Shown one piece after another: positions 56,328 through 64,000 of a stretch of DNA of 64,000 nucleotides (the first letter of the stretch is position 1; each line of letters opens with the position of its first letter). Source of the DNA: Verrucomicrobia bacterium ADurb.Bin006 (GTDB taxonomy: Bacteria; Verrucomicrobiota; Verrucomicrobiia; Limisphaerales; J093). The notes under the pieces are model-generated. The model saw only the letters and a list, made by a program, of their open reading frames with translations. It was not told the DNA's origin and did not search any database. The position numbers and the translations under genes are program-made. Location of the stretch: contig MWFF01000078.1 in NCBI GenBank assembly GCA_002071485.1, forward strand, positions 3,890 through 67,889, read 5' to 3'.

Positions 56328-57872
56328 TCACCACGCCAGCCGCCCACCCGCACTCGTTGTCGACACGCCCCCCGCGCCTCCGTTTTCCAGCACCGCCAGC
56401 GGCACCGGGAATCCGAACCGCGTCAGATCCCGCAGGGCGGCGACACGCGGCGGATGCGGCGCCGTGTCCACCATGACGCTCAACACCCGATAGCGCCCGG
56501 ACGGCACGGCATAACCCAGGCAGCGGAAGCTGAATTGGAGGCTGCGCGTGGTCAGGTGCGGAACAATCTGCTTGAACTCCTCGGCGGTCACCAGGCCGCG
56601 CCGATACAGCCACGCGGGTGTGCGCGCTTCGTCCGCCGTGAGACCGGGCCGCGTCGCGAGGATCGCGTCCGCCAGGGCCTCGCCCACAAACGGAATCGCG
56701 ATCAGAACCGCGCGCGGCGCCGTGTTCACATTGATCAGCCCTTCAAGTCGCGCGGCATTGGTCGTGGTGCACTGGTCCAACACGACGGACAATTCCTCGC
56801 GTCCAATGCCCGAGCGCAGACGCTGCGGGCGGCCCTCGGCATCCTGAAACTCGCCTTCGGCTTCGAGCAATGCGGCCACGTGGGAAAGCGCCTGGCCGGC
56901 GCGGCGCAGGGCCGCTACGTAATCGAGTGTCGCCTGAGGCAGGCCGCTCTTCGAGAGGTCGGCCTTGGCATCGTTGAGATTGATGCGCGGCTGCCCATCG
57001 CTGTTGACGTTCAGGTCGTAGCTGATCGTCGTGAGATGCTGCTGCAAACCCCGATCCAACTGGCCGTCCGCATTGTCCAGCGGCTTGCGCGTCTCCCCGT
57101 CGTCCTCGTTCGGGTCCAACCGAAGGTTGTAGTTCGCGTCCTCCCCGTAAAGCAACTGACTGCTCAACCCTGCCGCGGCAAACCACTCCTCGATGGATGG
57201 GACCGGGCTGGCCGACGCCGCCGGGATCGAAGGCGCAGCCTCCGACGGCTGCCCCTCCGATACCGGTGCCCCCGACAGCCGGGTCTCGTCCGACCGCGCG
57301 TCCGGCGGCAGATCGTTCGCACCCGCCCGACCAGAGACGTCCGGGGCCCATGATGCAGCTCTCGGGCCGTTCGTCCGCGGCGCGGTTTCGGATCGCGGGA
57401 CGGCGCCCGCAAGCGCCGCGGCGAGCTTCGCATCGAGCCCCGGCAGCTTTCCGAGCCATGCGGGATCGTGATGTCGCACCGACAGCTTGGACGCTTCGTC
57501 CGTCAAACCGAACCGCACCTCGGCGCCCAGGGAATCCGAGGCCGAGTACACCGTGAAAAACCACTGGTCATCGCCGTCCTGCTTCACAAACTGATGCTGG
57601 AACATCGCCGGGTTATCCTCCCACCCCATCCAGTCGCCCCCTGGATCCGTCGCCACGGCCAGCGCCCGGGCCACCCCGCTCATGGCCGCCGCCCAGGCCT
57701 GCTCGCGCTGGACACTCGCAGTGTGGGCGGCGGCCTCGGACCGCATCGCGTAGAGAACACTCGCCGCCAGCATCGAACTGAGCAACACGACCACCAACAC
57801 GATCAGCAGAACAAAGCCCCCTGATCGCCACGGCCTCGCTCGGTCTTTGCGCGGATAGCAGTGCGTCTTCAC
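56328..57872 (-). CDS. gspK: T2SS minor pseudopilin GspK-like
   Basis: N-terminal hydrophobic GGFVLLIVLVVVLLSSMLAASVLYAM with no conserved Glu+5. The C-terminal helix-hairpin-helix is INVNTAPRAVLIAIPFVGEALADAI. GTG start overlaps the gspJ-like stop. Confidence 0.75.
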   Translation of the reverse strand: MKTHCYPRKDRARPWRSGGFVLLIVLVVVLLSSMLAASVLYAMRSEAAAHTASVQREQAWAAAMSGVARALAVATDPGGDWMGWEDNPAMFQHQFVKQDGDDQWFFTVYSASDSLGAEVRFGLTDEASKLSVRHHDPAWLGKLPGLDAKLAAALAGAVPRSETAPRTNGPRAASWAPDVSGRAGANDLPPDARSDETRLSGAPVSEGQPSEAAPSIPAASASPVPSIEEWFAAAGLSSQLLYGEDANYNLRLDPNEDDGETRKPLDNADGQLDRGLQQHLTTISYDLNVNSDGQPRINLNDAKADLSKSGLPQATLDYVAALRRAGQALSHVAALLEAEGEFQDAEGRPQRLRSGIGREELSVVLDQCTTTNAARLEGLINVNTAPRAVLIAIPFVGEALADAILATRPGLTADEARTPAWLYRRGLVTAEEFKQIVPHLTTRSLQFSFRCLGYAVPSGRYRVLSVMVDTAPHPPRVAALRDLTRFGFPVPLAVLENGGAGGVSTTSAGGRLAW

Positions 57873-58765
57873 CGGCCACCCTCCGGGGTCATCCCCCCGT
57901 TCACGCTCCCCGATTCATAGTCGTCGGCGACGGCTGGAGCCGCGCTCGAAGCGAGCCCCGCCGGAATCGCAATCACTCGCCGAAACACCTCCTCGGGCAG
58001 CGTGTCCGAGGCGGCATCCGACGGAACCGGCTCGAGGGCGAGCGTCACCTCGATGCCGCGGGGCAGATGGGAACCGGACCACGAGTCCTGCCACTGCGCG
58101 CCATCCCAATAGCGCAGGCGCAAATAGCGAAGTTCGGGAATGGTCAGCGGCGGCGCGCCCGCGCTCGGGAACGAGGTGGTGATGCGTGTGCCCTCTTCCT
58201 CGACGCTCGCAGTCTCGACCGCCCACACGTCGTTGGTGTCAGGCGGTTCCGACGACTCCTCCACAACGCCCGTTTCCGCCGGGTCTGTTTCCACAGAGTC
58301 CGGCTCCGGTTCTCCCGATCCAGAGGCGGCGGGCGTCACCACGGTCTCCGTCCGAATCAATCCCCCCGCTGCACTCGATTCCTCGGACGCGCGCATGGCA
58401 TAGCGAATCCGACGGAGCAGAACCGGGGTTGACACAGGGGCGTCGTCGTCGACCGCTGCCACATTGCCCGATTCGGGAAGCTCGCACTGAAGGAACTCGA
58501 TCTCTTGAGAGCTGCCGCGGAGACTGTCGGGCTGCGCGCTGGCCGTCCGCAGCTCCGTTCCCAGGCGGTCCATGCACAGACGCACGGCGGCCAGTCCCGT
58601 GGCCGAGTCGAGCGTGCTGTCCCGGAGCAGGGCGGCCTGCTGGTAGTAGTAAAGGACGACGATCAGCAGGCCGATGGCAATCGACAGGGCCAACAACACC
58701 TCGAGAAGCGTAAACGCCCCGGCACCCAGCGGCACAGCCCGCACACGAAGCGGTCTCATCCTCAC
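57869..58765 (-). CDS. gspJ: T2SS minor pseudopilin (GspJ-like by position)
   Basis: Prepilin-type N-terminus GAGAFTLLEVLLALSIAIGLLIVVLYYY. The start is either GTG 58765 or ATG 58759. Confidence 0.6.
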   Translation of the reverse strand: MRMRPLRVRAVPLGAGAFTLLEVLLALSIAIGLLIVVLYYYQQAALLRDSTLDSATGLAAVRLCMDRLGTELRTASAQPDSLRGSSQEIEFLQCELPESGNVAAVDDDAPVSTPVLLRRIRYAMRASEESSAAGGLIRTETVVTPAASGSGEPEPDSVETDPAETGVVEESSEPPDTNDVWAVETASVEEEGTRITTSFPSAGAPPLTIPELRYLRLRYWDGAQWQDSWSGSHLPRGIEVTLALEPVPSDAASDTLPEEVFRRVIAIPAGLASSAAPAVADDYESGSVNGGMTPEGGR

Positions 58766-59193
58766 GGCGCCTCCCCTGACTCCGAAACGAGAATCGTCGT
58801 CAAGCGTTGGACCATGGGCGGCGTCTCGCCGCGCACGATGACCGTCACCAGTTGCAATCCGGCTGCGTTCTCGGTTCCGAACGTGTACGGGCCCACCTCG
58901 ATCTCACAGGTCCATTGATCGAAGGGGGCCTCGAAAGATTCCGGCCCTGCGGCCTGCGCAGCCCGCAGTCCCATCTGAATCTCGGAGATCACGGATGCGG
59001 CAAGATCCAGCGCGTGGGTCTGCGCCCGCAATCGGATCGTGCGCTCGACGGCGGCGTTCAAGCCGCCAGTGACGATCGCCGCGGCGACCACAAACAAACC
59101 GAGGGCGAGCAGGACCTCGAGGAGGACCGCCCCGCGCCCGGAGCGCGGCTCCCGCCCGGGCTGAGTCTGGTCCGCCGGTCCAGGCAACTGCAT
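58762..59193 (-). CDS. gspI: T2SS minor pseudopilin (GspI-like by size and position)
   Basis: Start trimmed to ATG 59193. GRGAVLLEVLLALGLFVVAAAIV is a pseudopilin helix. 143 aa. Confidence 0.55.
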   Translation of the reverse strand: MQLPGPADQTQPGREPRSGRGAVLLEVLLALGLFVVAAAIVTGGLNAAVERTIRLRAQTHALDLAASVISEIQMGLRAAQAAGPESFEAPFDQWTCEIEVGPYTFGTENAAGLQLVTVIVRGETPPMVQRLTTILVSESGEAP

Positions 59194-59207
59194 GCGCGCC
59201 CCATAGG

Positions 59208-59930
59208 TCAAGGAGCCGAGGGCCCGAGGATCGTATGGGCGACCGAGGCCGGCTCCAAGGGTTGCGCCTCGGCGGTTCTGCTCCCAACCAGGCCAAGGCT
59301 CTCGGGATTCACTCCCTCGCGCGCCGTGCTGCCGCTCAGTCCGTTCCACTTCACCAACATCAGGCGCGGATCGTTGATGTCCGTCGAGCCGACGAGAATC
59401 TCCGCCGAATCGGACGATCCATCGGGATAGAACGTGATCGACGGCCATTCCTCGACCGCCCCAAACGCAGGAGCCCCGGGAGGTTCGGACGCCGGCGCCG
59501 ACATGTCCCATGCGTCCCGAGCGGCTGGCGGGTGGGCGGACGGGGACGCCGGCTCGATCAAGCGCACATGCTCGATGCGCACGTGCTCGGTCACGGACTG
59601 GGCCAGCGCGGCGGTGGACTGCCTTTGGACGAAGACACCGGGATCTTGCAGAGGCTCGGGCTCCCAACGCACCGCGATCGCCGCGCGGCTGGCCGGCTGG
59701 GCTTCCGATGCCGCCTGGATCTGGAGTTGGTGCCGCCGCCCCTGTTGGGCGGCTTCGGCGCGGGCAAACCGCAGCAGCGTCTCGAGCTGTCCGACCCCTT
59801 CGTCGAGCCGCGCTCCCTGCGCCAGCGGCGCCACATTCATGACAGCCGCGCCGGTGAACAGCAGCACCAAGAGCACCACGAGCAGCAACTCGAGGAGCGT
59901 GTAACCCGCCTGGCAGTTGGTCTTTGACAC
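59208..59930 (-). CDS. gspH: T2SS minor pseudopilin (GspH/FimT-like by position)
   Basis: Start trimmed to GTG 59930. QAGYTLLELLLVVLLVLLFTGAAV is a prepilin-type N-terminus. Confidence 0.55.
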   Translation of the reverse strand: MSKTNCQAGYTLLELLLVVLLVLLFTGAAVMNVAPLAQGARLDEGVGQLETLLRFARAEAAQQGRRHQLQIQAASEAQPASRAAIAVRWEPEPLQDPGVFVQRQSTAALAQSVTEHVRIEHVRLIEPASPSAHPPAARDAWDMSAPASEPPGAPAFGAVEEWPSITFYPDGSSDSAEILVGSTDINDPRLMLVKWNGLSGSTAREGVNPESLGLVGSRTAEAQPLEPASVAHTILGPSAP

Positions 59931-59940
59931 GTACGGCAGC

Positions 59941-60471
59941 CTATCTCGGCGTTGTCTCGAGCACACTCCGGGAGTCCAGGTTCTCGTCCGCCGTGGTTTC
60001 CAGCACCAGATCGTCTTCGGTGTTCGCCTGGCCGTCCGGTCCCATTGAAAACAGGCGGTAAGGGAGGCCGTTGGTCTGGCCCGTGCGCGCGATGTCCTGC
60101 AATTCGTAAACCACCTGATTGCCCCAGGCATCCAACAGTTTCGTGCCGGGTTTGATGTAGGGCCCCTGCCAGCGCTCGCTGAGTTGTTCGTTCTCGAACT
60201 GCGGTCTGACCAGCAGCGCCCCCAATCCCCCCTCCTCCTCGGTCGGATAGTGCCCCACATTCATGCGGTACGTGTCGAGCGAGGTTTGCACCTGCGTCAA
60301 TAACAGCCGCGTCGTGTTCCGCTCCGCCCCCGCCTGCTGCGGCAGCACAAACGTCACCAACGCCGCCGCCAGCATCATGATAATGACGATCACCAGCAGA
60401 ACTTCGATGAGCGTGAAACCCACCGGGGCCCGCACTGGCGCGATTCGCCCGGCCAGATTGCGCGTCTTCAT
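59941..60471 (-). CDS. gspG: T2SS major pseudopilin
   Basis: VGFTLIEVLLVIVIIMMLAAAL is a class III signal. The GspG core is DTYRMNVGHYPT...WQGPYI...LDAWGN...Y...GPDG. Confidence 0.9.
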   Translation of the reverse strand: MKTRNLAGRIAPVRAPVGFTLIEVLLVIVIIMMLAAALVTFVLPQQAGAERNTTRLLLTQVQTSLDTYRMNVGHYPTEEEGGLGALLVRPQFENEQLSERWQGPYIKPGTKLLDAWGNQVVYELQDIARTGQTNGLPYRLFSMGPDGQANTEDDLVLETTADENLDSRSVLETTPR

Positions 60472-60536
60472 AGGAGCAGAGTATTTTACCGAGAATAGAC
60501 GCCGTCAAACCTGTTTGCATTCAGCTCATCCTCCCG

Positions 60537-61742
60537 TCAGGACGCCCGCCCGAGGTTGCTGGCCATCGTGAATATGGGCAGGAGCAAACCCAGCGCCAGA
60601 ATCCCGATCGCCATCGCAACCAGACAGAGAATGAGCGGTTCGAGCAAACGCACCACCTGGTCCACCTGCCGGTTGGTCCGCCGCTCGACCGTGTCCGCAA
60701 TCTTCAACAACACCTTGTCCAGACGATTCGATTCCTCCGCCACCCGGATCATCGCCAGAATCTGCTCGGGAAACAGGTTGCCCACCCGCAATGGCTCCGT
60801 CAGCGGGCGCCCCCCACGCACGCTCTCCATCGCATCGGCTATGCGGTCGCCCAAGAGCCTCGACCCGGTCGCCCCGCGGCTGATCGAGAGGGCTTGCAGC
60901 AGGGGAACGCCATTGGCCAAAAGCGTGCCCAGAATCCGACAAAACCGTGTGATGGCCAGAAGCCTCAGCGCCGTGCCGACAACCGGCACGCGCAGGCGCC
61001 ACTCCTCGTACCAGCGCCGCCCGCGCTCGCTCGACAGCGCCCCCCAGACCAGGGCCCCAAGGCCCGCCCCGGCCGCCAGCGCCAAATACCAATACCCGCG
61101 CAACACCCCGCTCAGCCAAAGGACCAGCTCCGTCGGCAACGGCTTGCGCGCGTCGCCCAGCAGCGGCTCGAACCGCGGCACGAAGAAGAGCAGCGCGCCG
61201 ACCAGGACCAGCGTGCCCACGCCGGCAAGCAACGCCGGATAAATCAGCGCCCCGATTACTTTGCTGCGCAATTCGTCCAGTCGCTCGAGAAAGCCCGAGA
61301 GGCTCTGCAGAACCTCCTCGAGAAAACTCGCCCGCTCCCCTGCCTGCACCATCGCGGTGTGCAACGGCGGAAAGGCCTCCGGATGCTCCCGCAAGGCCTC
61401 CGTGAGCGACTTGCCGTCCGCGACCGCCGCCCGCACCTCCCGCAACAAACCGGCCAGACGCGCGCTGACCGTCGACTTGACCAGCGAATCGAGCGCGCGC
61501 AGCATCGGCACCCCGGCCCCGATCAAATCCGCCAACTGCCCGTACATGATCCCCACGTCCCGGGTGCGGACCCGCCCCCGCGCCGCCTGCCGGCCGGCCG
61601 CATCCGAACCGTTCCGCAACGCCAGCGGAAAGAGATTCCGTTCGTCCAGGATTCGCAGGGCCGTCGCCTCGCTCTCGGCCGACAACACGCCGGTGACGGT
61701 CTCGCCCGCGGCGGTCTTGGCGGTGTACTGGAAATCGGCCAT
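60537..61742 (-). CDS. gspF: T2SS inner-membrane platform protein
   Basis: 401 aa with two GspF-type repeats (MYGQLADLIGAGVPMLRALDSL and FCRILGTLLANGVPLLQALSIS) and three TM segments. Confidence 0.9.
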   Translation of the reverse strand: MADFQYTAKTAAGETVTGVLSAESEATALRILDERNLFPLALRNGSDAAGRQAARGRVRTRDVGIMYGQLADLIGAGVPMLRALDSLVKSTVSARLAGLLREVRAAVADGKSLTEALREHPEAFPPLHTAMVQAGERASFLEEVLQSLSGFLERLDELRSKVIGALIYPALLAGVGTLVLVGALLFFVPRFEPLLGDARKPLPTELVLWLSGVLRGYWYLALAAGAGLGALVWGALSSERGRRWYEEWRLRVPVVGTALRLLAITRFCRILGTLLANGVPLLQALSISRGATGSRLLGDRIADAMESVRGGRPLTEPLRVGNLFPEQILAMIRVAEESNRLDKVLLKIADTVERRTNRQVDQVVRLLEPLILCLVAMAIGILALGLLLPIFTMASNLGRAS

Positions 61743-61758
61743 GCGCCTCCTCGATGCC

Positions 61759-63426
61759 TCACACCGCCGTGCAGGTCACTACCTCGTCCACCGTGGTCAC
61801 CCCCTGGCGCACCTTGATCCAGCCGTCTTCCCGCAGCAGGCGCAACCCGTCCTCCCGGCCGGCCCGGATGAGTTCGGGCGGTGGACGGCGGTGCAGGATG
61901 CACTCGGCCAGCGGCTCGTTGATCGTGAGCAGTTCGTAGAGCCCCGTTCGCCCGCGGAACCCGGTGCCGCGGCAGGCTTCGCATCCGGCCCCGCGATGGA
62001 GGACATCGCCCGGCCTCCAGCCCAGATCCTCGGGCAGGGTCCGCGGATCCGCCGGATCGGTCGTCCTGCACTTCGGACAAATCGTCCGCACCAGGCGCTG
62101 GGCCATCGCGCCGATCAGCGTGCTGCTCACCAAATACGGCTCGACCCCCATATCGAGCAGCCGCATCGGCGCCGACGCCGCATCGTTCGTGTGCAGGGTG
62201 GACAACACCAGGTGGCCGGTCAGCGCGGCCGCAATCGCGGCCCGCGCCGTCTCGAGGTCGCGAATCTCACCGATCATAAGCACGTCCGGATCGTGACGCA
62301 GGATGGCGCGCAGCCCGCGCTCGAAAGTCATCCCGACCTGCGGATCGACCGGGATTTGATTCACGCCGCGCAGATGGTACTCGACCGGATCCTCGACGGT
62401 GAGCACCTTGATCTCGGAGTTCACCAGGGCGTTGAGCGCCGCATAGAGCGTCGTCGTCTTGCCGCTGCCCGTGGGCCCCGTCACCAGCAGGATCCCGTGC
62501 GGACGCCGGATCAGGCCCTGAAACCGGCTGAACGTGGCGTCGTCCATCCCCAGTTGCGTCAGCGTGAAGAGCACGCTCGACTTGTCGAGCAGACGCATCA
62601 CGATGCCCTCGCCAAAAAGCATCGGGATCACGCTCACACGCACGTCGATCTGGCGCCCGCCCACACTGAACTCGATGCGCCCGTCCTGAGGCACCCGCCG
62701 CTCCGCAATGTTCAGGTTGGCCAGAATCTTGAGCCGGCTGATGATCGCCGCCTGGAACCGGTGAATCTGCGGAGGCATCGAGGCCTCGTGCAGCACCCCG
62801 TCGATCCGATAGCGGATCGACAGCTCGTGCTCGTACGGCTCGATGTGGATGTCGCTCGCCCGCTCGTTCACCGCCTCGATGATGATCTCGTTCACCAGCT
62901 TGATGACGCTCGCCTCCTGCGCCATCTCGAGCAAATCCTCGCTCGTCGCCGATTCCGCCGACACCCCCCCCCCCCCCCCCCCCCCCATCTCGTCAATCGT
63001 GTCGCCCCCGACCCCATAGTGCGCCTTGATCAGCTTGTCGATCTCCTCCGCCGCCGCAAGCACCGGGCGCACCTCGAGCCCGGTCAGCAGTCGCGCCTCG
63101 TCCAGCGCGCTCATGTCAAACGCGTCGCTGGTCGCCACCTCGATCGCCCCGTCCGCCTGGCCGATTGGAAACACACGCTTGCGAAACACGAGCTTCGCGG
63201 GGAGCAGCCGCAGCACCTCCTGGCCGACGCTCAACTGCGACAGGTCCGCCACCTTGAGCTTGAGATGTTCTCCCAACGCACCCAGAAGCTCCCGCTCGCT
63301 CAGGTACTCGAGCCGCACGATCGCCCGGTCCAGACGCAATCCCTCCGCCTGCTGCAAACGCAGCACGTCGGCCATTTGCTCGGCCGTCAGCAGCCCGTTT
63401 CGCACGAGGACGTCGGTGATTCGCAT
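61759..63426 (-). CDS. gspE: T2SS ATPase
   Basis: Start trimmed to ATG 63426. It has an N-terminal MshEN-like domain, Walker A GPTGSGKTTT, MIGEIRDLETA, His box LTGHLVLSTLHTN and a tetracysteine CPKC...CEAC. Confidence 0.92.
   Translation of the reverse strand: MRITDVLVRNGLLTAEQMADVLRLQQAEGLRLDRAIVRLEYLSERELLGALGEHLKLKVADLSQLSVGQEVLRLLPAKLVFRKRVFPIGQADGAIEVATSDAFDMSALDEARLLTGLEVRPVLAAAEEIDKLIKAHYGVGGDTIDEMGGGGGGGVSAESATSEDLLEMAQEASVIKLVNEIIIEAVNERASDIHIEPYEHELSIRYRIDGVLHEASMPPQIHRFQAAIISRLKILANLNIAERRVPQDGRIEFSVGGRQIDVRVSVIPMLFGEGIVMRLLDKSSVLFTLTQLGMDDATFSRFQGLIRRPHGILLVTGPTGSGKTTTLYAALNALVNSEIKVLTVEDPVEYHLRGVNQIPVDPQVGMTFERGLRAILRHDPDVLMIGEIRDLETARAAIAAALTGHLVLSTLHTNDAASAPMRLLDMGVEPYLVSSTLIGAMAQRLVRTICPKCRTTDPADPRTLPEDLGWRPGDVLHRGAGCEACRGTGFRGRTGLYELLTINEPLAECILHRRPPPELIRAGREDGLRLLREDGWIKVRQGVTTVDEVVTCTAV
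62964..62986 (-). repeat. 23-nt homopolymer (C23 on the + strand = G23 in the gspE sense strand)
   Basis: Counted directly: 7+10+6 consecutive C. It is in frame and encodes M-GGGGGGG-V in the GspE interdomain linker. Confidence 0.95.
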
Positions 63427-64000
63427 GGTCTCTCCCGGGCGCACGGGGCCAAGCCGCCCCGGTGAGCCTGCACTCTGAGCGCGCCGCGGACAGTAATGTT
63501 GACGCATCCAGCAACGGCGCGATTCATCTAGGACGCCATGAACCAGACCCTTATCTCGTCCAGGGTGCGGGGAAATCGTCCGTGTGCGCGGAAGAACAGC
63601 AACAGAACAGCACGGCGAACGGCAATCTGTTCGACTGGCTCTTGGCCGCGATGAGAGGCTCATCCGTCGCTGGCCACGGAAGTGGGCTTGTGTGGTTCCT
63701 GCCCATAGCACGATGAGGAGGCTGGCCAACCAGTCGCTGAACCGCCGCTCAGTCTCTCCGTTTCGGGCGCGCCGGTTTAATCGGACGCCAGATTCGATGC
63801 CGGTGCTCCCGCGCCTGTGGGACGGCGGTCGGTGAGCTCGTTCGCCATGTTCACACCTGGGGCGGGCATGGGCGTGGTGGAACGGATTTGGCGATTGTCA
63901 TCGAGCGGGGCCGGAACTAGCGTAACTGCATGATTTGGCGTTAGCATGGGCAACACCGTGCGGATCGAATTGCTGCCGTTGGGCCGAAGATTGACGGTCG

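Noticed and set aside
61261-63465. 734-aa plus-strand ORF over gspF/gspE, and similar antisense ORFs over nrdJ (4017-5426), dnaE (30043-32004), GH2 (38207-39766), the LamG protein (23779-25794) and the MlaD-like gene
   Set aside because: In each case the opposite strand carries a gene with clear family motifs. The antisense translations are compositionally biased and motif-free.
63946-64000. Possible start of a plus-strand gene at the window edge (MGNTVRIELLPLGRRLTV...)
   Set aside because: Only 18 codons are visible. The resemblance to N-termini of 2Fe-2S ferredoxin-type domains is too slight to support a call.
1-64000. Search for rRNA, tRNA, transposases, integrases, phage genes and toxin-antitoxin or restriction-type defence genes
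   Set aside because: No intergenic segment shows a tRNA-like cloverleaf or rRNA signatures that I could recognise. No ORF shows DDE/tyrosine-recombinase, phage structural or classic defence-system motifs. The only nuclease-like sequence is the decayed DUF2779 remnant.

Overview
This is about 64 kb of high-GC bacterial chromosome. It looks like a PVC-superphylum genome, most likely Verrucomicrobiota. The evidence is an HX9DG-type prepilin-like protein, several Tat-signal Gfo/Idh/MocA oxidoreductases, and large LamG/Ig and glycoside-hydrolase proteins. From left to right the window holds: a partial GlpF-like channel; a secreted CxxCH/prenyltransferase-repeat protein; the class II ribonucleotide reductase nrdJ; a MacB/LolD-type ABC pair; a decayed DUF2779 nuclease remnant; dinB; and a SAM methyltransferase. 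Next comes a GH5-like hydrolase, followed by a long minus-strand block. That block holds four Gfo/Idh/MocA oxidoreductases, two UROD-family proteins, an HX9DG pseudopilin, a LamG/Ig protein, an MlaD-like protein, a hypothetical protein and dnaE. After it come a ThuA / GH43-like fusion / GH2 glycan cluster, then Sel1-repeat, YlbF-like and Rnk-like genes. The window ends with a complete type II secretion operon: gspE-F-G-H-I-J-K, a PilMN-type GspL-like fusion, a PilO/PilP-type fusion, gspD and a lipoprotein. Four things stand out. (1) The secretin is 2,905 aa, with one N0 module and about 29 tandem N-domain modules. (2) An in-frame 23-nt poly-G tract sits inside gspE. (3) Two families of conserved intergenic repeats, plus heptanucleotide arrays and an exact 11-mer motif, lie between minus-strand operons. 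(4) Two translationally coupled UROD-like / Tat-oxidoreductase pairs are arranged in mirrored order. I recognised no rRNA, tRNA, CRISPR array, transposase or integrase. Many long ORFs in the track are antisense artefacts of the high GC content, and several ORF-track N-termini were trimmed to internal starts.
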